From an uncultured Thermoplasmata archaeon (GTDB lineage Archaea; Thermoplasmatota; Thermoplasmata; UBA10834): 64,000 nt of DNA. Positions 10,197 through 19,290 of this stretch are shown here, one piece after another. The stretch spans positions 686,818 to 750,817 of the forward strand of contig OY970070.1 of NCBI GenBank assembly GCA_963705355.1. Reading direction: 5' to 3'. A program made the translations under genes and the position numbers. Under the pieces are notes generated by a model. That model was not told the DNA's origin. It saw only the letters and a program-made list of their open reading frames with translations, and made no database searches. Position 1 is the stretch's first letter; each line of letters begins with the position of its first letter.

Positions 10197-10529
10197 CTAT
10201 CCTGCAATCTCTGCGATCTCACTTGCCTCGGGCTCAGGAACGACGTCCATGTCGGTCTGCAGGCTCCGATCTATCTCAGACAGATCAGTCAGGAGCTGCG
10301 AGATGTCCGTGACATCTTCTCCAAGGCCCGACATCTCGTTCACGAGATCCTCGAGGTCCTGAAGCGTGTGAGTCTTCGCCCACTGTATGGCTTGGACGTT
10401 TCGGACTGTTGCCTTCAAGGCGTCCCTGTGCTTCATTGCATCCCATCCTAAACGGTTTGTCTGACGATTTGTCAGCTGTTTCACCGTATGACGCTCACAT
10501 CTATTTATACATTGCTTGAATGACGCCAT
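10197..10529 (-). CDS. hypothetical small acidic protein
   Basis: 110-aa ORF with no recognisable motif; sits between the tRNA pair and the TPR gene; start uncertain. Confidence 0.25.
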   Translation of the reverse strand: MASFKQCINRCERHTVKQLTNRQTNRLGWDAMKHRDALKATVRNVQAIQWAKTHTLQDLEDLVNEMSGLGEDVTDISQLLTDLSEIDRSLQTDMDVVPEPEASEIAEIAG

Positions 10530-10757
10530 CTTTGAGCCAGATTCGTCAGACTGCCATCCTGACCCCGTCTGAGAAATCTCTGCGAGATTTCCGAGCTGGA
10601 TTCTGGAGAAATCAGGTCGTCCAACTCAGCCGCAATAGATTCCCGTCAGACATAGAATGGCCGCTCCTGGACTCGTAAAAGAATCAGTCAGAAAGAATGC
10701 TGGAAACTCTTTTATCAAGCCACGCGCATTAAGTCGCAATCAGCCAGGTGGACTGCT

Positions 10758-13700
10758 TTGGGCCTGCTTGACACGCTCTGGAACAAGGAGAAGAAGCTTC
10801 TGGAGAGATCCAGAAAAGAGCTGGCAAGAGCCGATTCCCTCGAAAAGAGCGGCAGAACGGAGGACGCTCTTGCGGAGCTCGAGAAGACAAGGGCACTGCT
10901 GAAAGAGAACATGCTTTTCATCGGGAAGATGAGGCTGGACTTCTCGCAGGTGTTCACTCAGCTGGGCGATGGCTACCTCGCTCACGAGAGGGCGCAGATT
11001 GCGCAGGATGCTGCGAAGAGGGCTCTCGAGCTGGATCCAAAGAACCCGCTCGCCATGGGCGTTGAAGGGCGCTCAGCGCTGAAGCTCGGCATGACCGAAC
11101 AGGCACTCGCATCGCTCAGAAATGCCGTGGCACTGGCACCTGACTCTGAGAATCTGTGGTCGGCCTTGGGTGAGGCCCAGGATGCGATAGGGGATTTTGT
11201 CGGGGCGATCGAGAGCTACAAGCGCGCTCTGGCCATCAACCCTCTTGGCATTCGTCACTTCGACAAGATACTCGCGCACACGCCCAACGATCTGGATATG
11301 ATCAAGAAGAAAGGAACCACATTGAGCAAGCTGCAGAGGTACGATGAGGCCGTCAGCACATTCCAGGCCGGAATCGACATCGAGCCCAAGGACAAGGATC
11401 TCTGGATAGGAAGGGCGGCCGCGCTCAACCTCGCGGGCAAGAGCGAGCAGGCAATCGAGGCACTCAACTCGGCCCTGAAGATAGATCCGAACGATGTGTA
11501 CTGCCTCGACAACCTCGGAAGGATCCTGCACAAGCAGGGCATGCGCGAAGAGGCCCTGACGAGTTTCACCAGAGCCTCAGAAATCGATCGAGGGAACAAG
11601 GTTGTCTGGAACGAGCTCGGGGTCGTGCAAGAGGAGCTCGACCTGCACGATAAGGCGCTCGAATCTTTCGACCAGGCGCTGAGGATTGATCCGAACGATA
11701 TCAACGTTCTGAGCAATAAGAAGAAGACCCTGCTGAAGGTCGCGCGCTACGCAGAGCTCATAGGGGTCTGTGACAAGATACTTCTGATCAGCCCGCATGA
11801 TCACGAATCTCTGCTGGACAAGGCTAAGGCCCTGTACGAATTGAAGAGATACGACGAGGCGCTGACCTTCATCGACGCAACGCTCAACCTGGCGCCAAGG
11901 CTGAAGGAGGCGATGAACCTCAAGAAGGAGTGTCTGATTCGGCTGGAAAGGCACGGCGATGTGATTGCGTGGTGCACCAAGATTCTCGAGGGCGACCCCG
12001 ACGACTATGCTGCGATGCACGACAAAGGTGTCGCACAGCTGAAGTCCGACCGACCGCAGGAAGCCATAAAGACTTTCGAGAAGGCATTGAAGATAGCTCC
12101 CGACCCGCTGCCGATGCTCGAGAGCCTGAAGGACGCCTACAAAAGGCTGCAGAAAGACGGTCAGGTCGTACAGACCTGCGACCGGATAATCGCCATCGAC
12201 GCGAACAACAAGACCGCGCACCTCGACAAGGCCGTCGCGTTGGACAGAGCTGACCAGTTCGACGAGAGCCAGGCGGCGTACAGGCTGGCGCTCAAGTACG
12301 ATCCTAAGAACCCGGAGATCTTCTTCAACATGGCCGCTCTGTTCCTCAGGTCCGGCAAGCCCAAGGAGGCTGTGGACTACTCCAAACAGGGGATTCAGAT
12401 CGCGCCGACAAACCACGCGTTGTGGAAGATCAATGGCGACGCGAGTCTCAATTCCAAGGACTACGAGGCAGCAGTCGCAGCCTACTCGAAGGCTGTCGAG
12501 CTCGATCCGAAAGATCAGGCGAGCTTCGCGAAGCTCGGCCGGTCGTTCATAGAACTCAAGCGGTTCGAACAGGGTCTGATGGCGTACGAACATGCGCTAC
12601 AGCTTGACGCGAAAGACGCCGAAGTGTGGTTCCAGAGGGCTGAGGCACTCGAATGGCTCGACAGAGACCAGGATGCGCTCTCTTCGGTTCAAGAGGCCAT
12701 GAGGCTCAAAGCCACGACGCCAGAGTACAGAGTGAAGGAAGGCATGCTCCTCAGGAACCTTGGCAAGCCAGAGGACGCTCTGAGGGCATACGACGAGGCT
12801 CTCAGGCTGTCCCCGAGAAACGTGGCCGTGCTGAACTCGAAGAAGGATCTGTTGAAATCTCTGAAGAGGAACGATGATGTAATAGCCGTCTGCAACGAGA
12901 TACTTCAGTTGGCCCCCAAGGACCGAGATGCCCTGATAGACAAGGGCAGCGCGGCGCTCTTTCAGAAGCGGCCCAACGAGGCTCTAGTGTGCTTCAACAA
13001 GGCTCTCGAGCACGATGCGGACAACCTCGACACACTGGAGCTCAAGAAGATGGCGCTCATCTCCCTCGACGACTCGGAGAGTGTCGTGGCGGTGACCGAT
13101 CACATTCTGCGCCTGAGCCCGAAGAACAAGAATGCATTGGCGGACAGGGCGAGCGCGCTCGAGAAGCTAGGGAGAGCCGACGAGGCCATCAGGAGCTACG
13201 AGACCGCACTGACACTCGACCCGAAAGATATCTTCCTCTGGAACAGGAAGGGGCTTCTGCTTCTAGGGGCAGGAAACCCCGCGCAGGCGGCGGAGGCGTT
13301 CGATTACGCAATCAAGCTAGACTCCAACCAACCGTTCGTCCTGAACAATAGGGGAAAAGCGTATCTCGAGCTCCGAAGGTTCGAGGAGTCTCTCGCTGAT
13401 TTCAAAAAGGCCATAAAGATCCTGCCGAATGTGGCGGAGTTCCACACAAACGAGGGCAGGGCACTTGCGAGCCTCGGCAGATTCGACGACAGCATTGGGT
13501 CGTTCAACGAGGCACGCAGACAGGCGCCCAAAGACTCATCCACATTCAAGTACATGGGCATGGCCCTCCTCAAATTGAACAGGGTGTCGGAAGCACTCGG
13601 GGCGTTCGACGAGGCGATCAAGCTAGGCTCCAACGACCAGGATATGTGGAAGAGCAGAGCGAAAGGCTTCGAGGCGATGGGAGACAAGGAGGAAGCTGTG

Positions 13701-15215
13701 AGATCCTACATGAAGGCGCTCGAGATCGACCCCGAGGACCAAGCAGCTTGGTACAGGCTCGGCCTGCTGCACCTGGAGATCGGCAGGTTCTCGGACGCGA
13801 ACGCATGCTTCGACAAAGCGCTGGACCTCGACAGCGCCAACCCCAAGATATGGATGAGCAAAGGCTTCGCGATGGAGAAGCAGAACCTCTACGAGGAAGC
13901 GGTGAGTTCCTACGACAGGGCGATCGGGCTCGACTCCAACGACAAGGAGGCGTGGAAGAGCAAGGGGCAGGTGCTGCTCGCGCTCGGACGCGCGGAACCA
14001 GCGCTGCGGTGCTTCGACCACGCGCTCAGCATCGACCCCTACTTCGAGGCTGCCTCAGAGGGCAGGAAGCAGGCGGAGGACGATATCCGAAAGAACAAGA
14101 TCGAGGACTACTCCAGGGCGGTGCTCGAGTTCGAGTACGCCCACGGCCGCCCGGTGACCAAGGAGGAAGCATTCAAAGTGTGTGGGATTCCCTATGCATT
14201 CCTTGGAGACGTGCTGGAATTCCTGAGCGGAAAGGAGAACGTCGGCCTCACGGGCATGGTCAGGGAGGAGTCCGACAGATACGAGAGGATGTCACGAGAG
14301 GTCCTCGTGAACACGATGGAGAAGCGAGACCTCGCGGCACATGGTCTCCGACTCTGCGACATCACAGTCAACTTCCCAGATCTCAGAATCTCGAGCGCGA
14401 AGAAGATACTCAGCTACATACAGGCGGTCGAGGAGCATGAGTTCAGCACGAAGTCATCGGACCCCCAGACTGAGGCACTGCTGCGACAGGCGCTCGAACT
14501 GCCCAACGACCAGAAGAACGTCCTGGGACTGATCAGGAACCTCGGCATCGGGGCATACTGGGCCCGACAAATTGTGACGATCCTTCACACCTTCCAGGGC
14601 GCTGGATTCGCGACGCCGGCAGTGGCGCTGAAGTCCATCGTCAGCGAGAGCTACGGGCACTACTCCCCTTACGACGAGCGTGCAGCTTGGCGGGAGAGGC
14701 CTTCGCCTGAAGAGCCTTCATTTCCGTCCGAGAGGAGAGGACGCCGTCGAGAAGCGCCCCGGCCCGAAGAGATGCATAAAGAGGAGCGAGAGCCCAGAGC
14801 GGCCGAAAGGTACAGTCATGAGGTCGAAGCCCTCAGACAAAAACCGCGGCCGAAGCCTCAGAGGGAGCGGCCAGGAAGGGAGACCGAGCGCGCTCCTCAG
14901 GAAATTCCTTCTGATTTGGTCGGGCGCAGATGCCTGTTCCACGGAGGCATCGCGGTCGCGAGATGCGCGAAATGCAAGGCGGTGCTCTGCAGGGAATGCA
15001 TCAGAGGGTCTGACAGATGCCCCAGATGCAACACCCCGCTGAGGGCGGTGGAAGAGACCGAAGAAGGGAGACGGCCGAGAGAGGTCGAAGCCGAGGAAGA
15101 GCCTGAAGAGGAGGCCGAGCAGGAGCCGGAGGAAAGGCCTCGGAAGAGACCCAGGGAAAGGCAGAAACCTCCCCGAAAGAAGACCGAAGAGGATGAGGAT
15201 CTGAATCGCCTTTGA
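10758..15215 (+). CDS. very large tetratricopeptide-repeat (TPR) protein with C-terminal Cys-rich zinc ribbon and charged tail
   Basis: 1485 aa; dozens of 34-residue TPR-like units over about 1,100 aa; C-terminal CLFHGG...CAKCKAVLCRECIRGSDRCPRCN followed by E/K/R/P-rich tail. First in-frame start is TTG; first ATG is 51 codons downstream. Confidence 0.7.
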   Translation: MGLLDTLWNKEKKLLERSRKELARADSLEKSGRTEDALAELEKTRALLKENMLFIGKMRLDFSQVFTQLGDGYLAHERAQIAQDAAKRALELDPKNPLAMGVEGRSALKLGMTEQALASLRNAVALAPDSENLWSALGEAQDAIGDFVGAIESYKRALAINPLGIRHFDKILAHTPNDLDMIKKKGTTLSKLQRYDEAVSTFQAGIDIEPKDKDLWIGRAAALNLAGKSEQAIEALNSALKIDPNDVYCLDNLGRILHKQGMREEALTSFTRASEIDRGNKVVWNELGVVQEELDLHDKALESFDQALRIDPNDINVLSNKKKTLLKVARYAELIGVCDKILLISPHDHESLLDKAKALYELKRYDEALTFIDATLNLAPRLKEAMNLKKECLIRLERHGDVIAWCTKILEGDPDDYAAMHDKGVAQLKSDRPQEAIKTFEKALKIAPDPLPMLESLKDAYKRLQKDGQVVQTCDRIIAIDANNKTAHLDKAVALDRADQFDESQAAYRLALKYDPKNPEIFFNMAALFLRSGKPKEAVDYSKQGIQIAPTNHALWKINGDASLNSKDYEAAVAAYSKAVELDPKDQASFAKLGRSFIELKRFEQGLMAYEHALQLDAKDAEVWFQRAEALEWLDRDQDALSSVQEAMRLKATTPEYRVKEGMLLRNLGKPEDALRAYDEALRLSPRNVAVLNSKKDLLKSLKRNDDVIAVCNEILQLAPKDRDALIDKGSAALFQKRPNEALVCFNKALEHDADNLDTLELKKMALISLDDSESVVAVTDHILRLSPKNKNALADRASALEKLGRADEAIRSYETALTLDPKDIFLWNRKGLLLLGAGNPAQAAEAFDYAIKLDSNQPFVLNNRGKAYLELRRFEESLADFKKAIKILPNVAEFHTNEGRALASLGRFDDSIGSFNEARRQAPKDSSTFKYMGMALLKLNRVSEALGAFDEAIKLGSNDQDMWKSRAKGFEAMGDKEEAVRSYMKALEIDPEDQAAWYRLGLLHLEIGRFSDANACFDKALDLDSANPKIWMSKGFAMEKQNLYEEAVSSYDRAIGLDSNDKEAWKSKGQVLLALGRAEPALRCFDHALSIDPYFEAASEGRKQAEDDIRKNKIEDYSRAVLEFEYAHGRPVTKEEAFKVCGIPYAFLGDVLEFLSGKENVGLTGMVREESDRYERMSREVLVNTMEKRDLAAHGLRLCDITVNFPDLRISSAKKILSYIQAVEEHEFSTKSSDPQTEALLRQALELPNDQKNVLGLIRNLGIGAYWARQIVTILHTFQGAGFATPAVALKSIVSESYGHYSPYDERAAWRERPSPEEPSFPSERRGRRREAPRPEEMHKEEREPRAAERYSHEVEALRQKPRPKPQRERPGRETERAPQEIPSDLVGRRCLFHGGIAVARCAKCKAVLCRECIRGSDRCPRCNTPLRAVEETEEGRRPREVEAEEEPEEEAEQEPEERPRKRPRERQKPPRKKTEEDEDLNRL

Positions 15216-15314
15216 CCGGAATTCGATTCTGTAGGCACGCATGAGCTAGCTCTCCTCAGGCCATTTCATATACGGGCACTGTAATCCAAATCTGCAATTG
15301 TTGGAGCTGGGATT

Positions 15315-16151
15315 GTGGGACGCATAGGACGTGGCTGGCAATTGGCCAAGATGAGCTTGAGAGTCCTGCGAAAGGACAAGGAGATCCTGATATTCCCGTT
15401 CTTGTCGGGTTTGATCACCCTGCTTATCCTCGCTAGTTTCTTCGTCGGGGCGCTTTTCACATGGGGATTCGACGGCATCTCCGACAACGCGAACCAGTGG
15501 GTATTCATCGTGTTCTTCGCTGTCTTCTACTTCGTCGCCTTCTTCCTCTCGATATTCTTCAATGCTGCAGTGATAGGTTGGGCGACGATCAGGATGAACG
15601 GCGGGGACCCGACGGTCGCGGACGGCTTCAGGATCGCTCGGCAGAACATCAAGCACATAGTGCTCTGGGCCCTGTTCGCAGCCACCGTCGGCTTGATTTT
15701 GCGGGCTATCCAGGAGAGGGTAGGATTCATCGGGAAGCTGTTGGTGGGGGCGCTTGGCGCCGCTTTCACGATCGCGACCTACTTCGTGGTGCCAGTATTC
15801 ATCTGCGAGAAGTTGGGTCCATGGGCCTCGCTGAAGAGAAGCGTCTCGATCTTGAAGAACACCTGGGGAGAGGCGCTTGTGGGCAACCTCGGGTTGGGGG
15901 CGATCTTTGTTCTTCTGGGTCTTGTCGGACTCATACCGATCCTCATAGGGGTCGCCTTTATGACCATGTGGTCGGTAGTGGTCGGCATCGTGGTCGCCAT
16001 AGTCTACTGGCTGATTCTGGGGCTGATCGCGGCTGCGGCCCAATCAGTGCTCGTCGCGGCCCTCTACAGATACGCCACGACTGGAAAAGTGTCCGAGGAG
16101 TTCGAGGGGCTCTCGTTCCAGAACCCGTGGAGCGTACCGAAGCGAATCTGA
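15315..16151 (+). CDS. polytopic integral membrane protein, function unknown
   Basis: 278 aa with several long hydrophobic segments; the overlapping long minus-strand ORF is rejected as a shadow ORF. Confidence 0.55.
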   Translation: MGRIGRGWQLAKMSLRVLRKDKEILIFPFLSGLITLLILASFFVGALFTWGFDGISDNANQWVFIVFFAVFYFVAFFLSIFFNAAVIGWATIRMNGGDPTVADGFRIARQNIKHIVLWALFAATVGLILRAIQERVGFIGKLLVGALGAAFTIATYFVVPVFICEKLGPWASLKRSVSILKNTWGEALVGNLGLGAIFVLLGLVGLIPILIGVAFMTMWSVVVGIVVAIVYWLILGLIAAAAQSVLVAALYRYATTGKVSEEFEGLSFQNPWSVPKRI

Positions 16152-16423
16152 GACTAACCGTGCAACTTCTTGGTCAGCTTCGCAACGCGCCTTCCGTACC
16201 TCCCCTCGAACGCAGGAGGTGCGATGCACTGATAATCGGCTCGCCGTTGAATGTGATCTCAAAGGAATTCCTGCAGGAGATATCGGCCATTCTCCCGTGC
16301 CCGCCCACATGAGGGCGAATTGCATCTGGCCATTGATACGTGTCGTCGTCCTTCGCCATGACCATTCAATACGAACTTTGATGAGCGAGTACTGGATTCA
16401 CCAAAACGATAGGGGGTGTTGGC

Positions 16424-16912
16424 TTGCGAGTTTGTCACAGATGCAGAAAAGAAACAGAAGAGATGTTCTGTCCGAACTGTCATGTCTTGACCTATCCCCC
16501 CAGGGCAGCGGGCACGACGCCAGCATCACTCGCAGGTGAATCCTTTGATTGCACCATTTGGCAGGGTCCGAACCGGTCCAGAGGCATTGAGGTCCCGCAA
16601 AGTGAACGCGACAAGTACTTCTCCAAGAATCACGACATGGTCGTTCTACACATCGAAGGTAAGAGGACCGTCGCGACCTTGGGACCTCCGTTTTGGAAGA
16701 AACCAGCGGTGATCAAGAAGGCGGTCGACGACACCGGAAGGGACCAGCTGATCAAGTTCTTCGAGAAGCACCACCTGCTTCCCCCTCAGCAATCCATGAA
16801 AGAGAAGGGCATAGTGGACACCGTGATCTTCGAAGTGATCACTCCGATGGAGGAGTTCAAGATCGGGGTGACAGAAAGACATGAAGAGGAAGGCAGGCGC
16901 GAGCGGGACTAG
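16424..16912 (+). CDS. hypothetical protein with N-terminal CxxC-x9-CxxC zinc ribbon
   Basis: N-terminus CHRCRKETEEMFCPNC; TTG start in the ORF track, start uncertain. Confidence 0.35.
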   Translation: MRVCHRCRKETEEMFCPNCHVLTYPPRAAGTTPASLAGESFDCTIWQGPNRSRGIEVPQSERDKYFSKNHDMVVLHIEGKRTVATLGPPFWKKPAVIKKAVDDTGRDQLIKFFEKHHLLPPQQSMKEKGIVDTVIFEVITPMEEFKIGVTERHEEEGRRERD

Positions 16913-18108
16913 ATAAGCTTCAATTCTCTGCCAATCGTCTCGAATGCGCCCAGGGCTTCGTCCAAATCACTTTTGGTCAAGGCCGCGTTCATGATGGTCC
17001 TGATCCTCGCTTTGTCCTTGGCCACCATCGGGAACACGATCGGGAGAGCGAAGACTCCGAGCTCGAACAGCCGCGAGCTGAACATCTTCGCGGCTCCGCT
17101 TTCGCCGATCATGACGGGGATGATGGGCGTCTGACTCTTGCCCGTGTCGAATCCAAGATCGCGGACGCCTTTCCTGAAGTAATCAGTGTTTGCCCAGAGA
17201 TTCCTAACATGCTTCGGCTCTGTTTCCAGAACATCAATCGCCGCGATGCACGCGGCAGCCACTGCTGGAGGATGTGAACCGCTGAGAAGCCAAGTTCTCG
17301 ATTTGTTGTACGCGAAATCGACTAGGTCGCGGGTGCCGGAGACATGGCCGCCGACCACGCCGAAAGCTTTCGAGAAGGTGCCCATCTCGACGTGGACATC
17401 ATCCCTGTGGAGCTTGAAGTGAGACACAATGCCTCTTCCGCCCTCACCGAGCACACCCTCTCCGTGCGCGTCGTCCACATAGACCATGGCACCGTGATCA
17501 TGGGCGATTGGCGCTATCTTGTCGACAGGCGCGATGTCTCCGTCCATGCTGAAGACGCCGTCGGTGATTATCAGAACCCTTCTGTAGGCGGGGCTGTGCT
17601 CTTCGGCCTTCTCGAGAACCTTCCTCAAATCATCGACATTGCAGTGCCCGTACACTGCACGGTCTGCCCTCGACAGCCTGACGCCGTCGATGATGCTTCC
17701 GTGATTCAACTCATCGCTGACGATCAGATCGCCTGCATCTGCGAGCTGCGGAATCAGGCCAGCATTTGCAGCAAAACCCGTCTGATAGACCAGCGACGCC
17801 TCTGCATCCTTGAACTTCGCTAGGCGCCTCTCGAGCTCCATGTGCAGGTCCATGTTCCCTGCAATCGGGCGCACTGAGCCCGATCCAGCGCCGTAGGTTC
17901 TCACCGCTTCGATGGCGGCCTTCTTCAACTTCGGGTGAGTGCTCAGGCTGAGGTAGTTGTTCGAACACAGCATGAGGACCTTCCGGCCGTCCACGACGCA
18001 ACGAGGCATGCTGGGTCCTTCGAGAACTCGCAACTTCCAGTCGAGCTCGTTGCCGACCAGCTGTTGGTACTCATCTCTCAGAAACCCTACGGGATCTCTC
18101 CGAGCCAT
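16909..18108 (-). CDS. kbl: 2-amino-3-ketobutyrate CoA ligase (glycine C-acetyltransferase)
   Basis: 399-aa PLP alpha-oxoamine synthase family ORF; adjacent and co-directional with a threonine dehydrogenase-like gene. Confidence 0.8.
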   Translation of the reverse strand: MARRDPVGFLRDEYQQLVGNELDWKLRVLEGPSMPRCVVDGRKVLMLCSNNYLSLSTHPKLKKAAIEAVRTYGAGSGSVRPIAGNMDLHMELERRLAKFKDAEASLVYQTGFAANAGLIPQLADAGDLIVSDELNHGSIIDGVRLSRADRAVYGHCNVDDLRKVLEKAEEHSPAYRRVLIITDGVFSMDGDIAPVDKIAPIAHDHGAMVYVDDAHGEGVLGEGGRGIVSHFKLHRDDVHVEMGTFSKAFGVVGGHVSGTRDLVDFAYNKSRTWLLSGSHPPAVAAACIAAIDVLETEPKHVRNLWANTDYFRKGVRDLGFDTGKSQTPIIPVMIGESGAAKMFSSRLFELGVFALPIVFPMVAKDKARIRTIMNAALTKSDLDEALGAFETIGRELKLI

Positions 18109-18112
18109 CTCC

Positions 18113-19180
18113 TCACCACTCGGGTTTGAGCGAGACTTTCGCCGCCTGCTTCGTGCGAATGAGTTCCATGCCTTTCTCGATGTCCCTTATCGGTAAGGTG
18201 TGGGTGACGATCGACGAGAGCTTTGACCTAAACGCTGGGTTCTTCAGAACCTTGAACATCGTGTCCCATGTCTGGAACATCTTCCTGCCTGTGATTCCGA
18301 AGACCGTCGCAGACTTGAACGTTATCGCGTTGTTGACATCAATAGCCACAGGGTCGTTGTAGAGCCCCAGGATTGACACCCTCCCGCCGGGCGTCAGCAT
18401 CTCGAACACCTGTTTCAGGGCGGGTGCCGCGCCAGACATCTCGAGGCACACATCAGCTCCGTTGCCGTCGGTGAGCTCTTTGACTTCCCTGACGAGCGCG
18501 CCGTTGCCCATGGCGGCGTCGAGCACGACATCTGAGCCCATCCTTTTCGCCAGGTCGGATCTCACCTTCTCGCTCGCGAGCTCCGTCGCAATGATCTGCT
18601 TCGCCCCGACGGTTTTCAGGAGAGCGATGGCCATGAGCCCGATAGGCCCGCAGCCGGCAACGACAACGTTCTTCCCCTTGATGTCGTGGAAGCAGTCGTT
18701 CGGGAAGACCGTGAAAGTGGCGTTGCCGAGCGGCTCCAGGAGCGACCCCAGCTTCGGATCCAATCCCTTCGGAAGCTTCATCGCGTTCCTCTCGGGCAGC
18801 TTGACGTACTCTGCGAACACGCCGTCCGTGTCAACTCCCAGGATCTTCATGTTCCGGCAGATGTGCATCCTGCCGGTCTTGCACTGGTAGCAGGTTCCGT
18901 CGACTATGTGAGTCTCAGCGGAAACCATGTCACCGACATCGACCCTCCTGACGCCCTTGCCGACCTCAACGACCTCGCCGCAGAACTCGTGTCCGAACAC
19001 GATAGGCAGGGTCTTGACGCGCTTCTGCGCCCAGTGGTTCCAGTCCCAGATGTGGACGTCGGTGCCGCAAATCGACGTCATCTTCGCCTTGACGAGGACC
19101 TCGCCCTTGCCTATCACAGGCAACGGCACATCCTCGACCTGCGCTCCCGGCTCCCTTTCTCTCTTGACGACCGCGTGCAT
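18113..19180 (-). CDS. tdh: L-threonine 3-dehydrogenase (zinc-dependent)
   Basis: Zinc-ADH family motifs (CGTDVH, GHEFCGEV, GCGPIG Rossmann). Start set at internal ATG (MHAVVKRE), not the ORF-track start. Confidence 0.75.
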   Translation of the reverse strand: MHAVVKREREPGAQVEDVPLPVIGKGEVLVKAKMTSICGTDVHIWDWNHWAQKRVKTLPIVFGHEFCGEVVEVGKGVRRVDVGDMVSAETHIVDGTCYQCKTGRMHICRNMKILGVDTDGVFAEYVKLPERNAMKLPKGLDPKLGSLLEPLGNATFTVFPNDCFHDIKGKNVVVAGCGPIGLMAIALLKTVGAKQIIATELASEKVRSDLAKRMGSDVVLDAAMGNGALVREVKELTDGNGADVCLEMSGAAPALKQVFEMLTPGGRVSILGLYNDPVAIDVNNAITFKSATVFGITGRKMFQTWDTMFKVLKNPAFRSKLSSIVTHTLPIRDIEKGMELIRTKQAAKVSLKPEW

Positions 19181-19290
19181 CCGAAGGTCACAGCTCCTAT
19201 TGTCCAAGAGTGGACATTGGTACTGCCTTTTAAGCGATTTGGGACTACTAAGAAGTTCGACGTATGTCCCTGGTGGAAGCAGGTGCAAGC

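Noticed and set aside
9686-10451. ORFs 9686-9919 (minus) and 9876-10451 (plus) from the six-frame track
   Set aside because: They run through the tRNA-Pro/tRNA-Gly genes and their promoter region; the tRNA folds explain this sequence.
11577-12593. 338-aa minus-strand ORF inside the TPR gene (also 11073-11716 minus)
   Set aside because: Antisense to a long ORF with clear TPR periodicity; GC-rich shadow frame.
15246-16043. 265-aa minus-strand ORF, highly acidic/His-rich, overlapping the membrane protein gene
   Set aside because: Antisense to a plus-strand ORF with clear transmembrane character; low-complexity composition typical of a shadow ORF in GC-rich DNA.
16044-16423. Small ORFs (16044-16325 and 16174-16365, minus) in the spacer between the membrane protein and Zn-ribbon genes
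   Set aside because: No motif, no convincing start context; they overlap each other in different frames. Not called, though a small protein or ncRNA here cannot be excluded.
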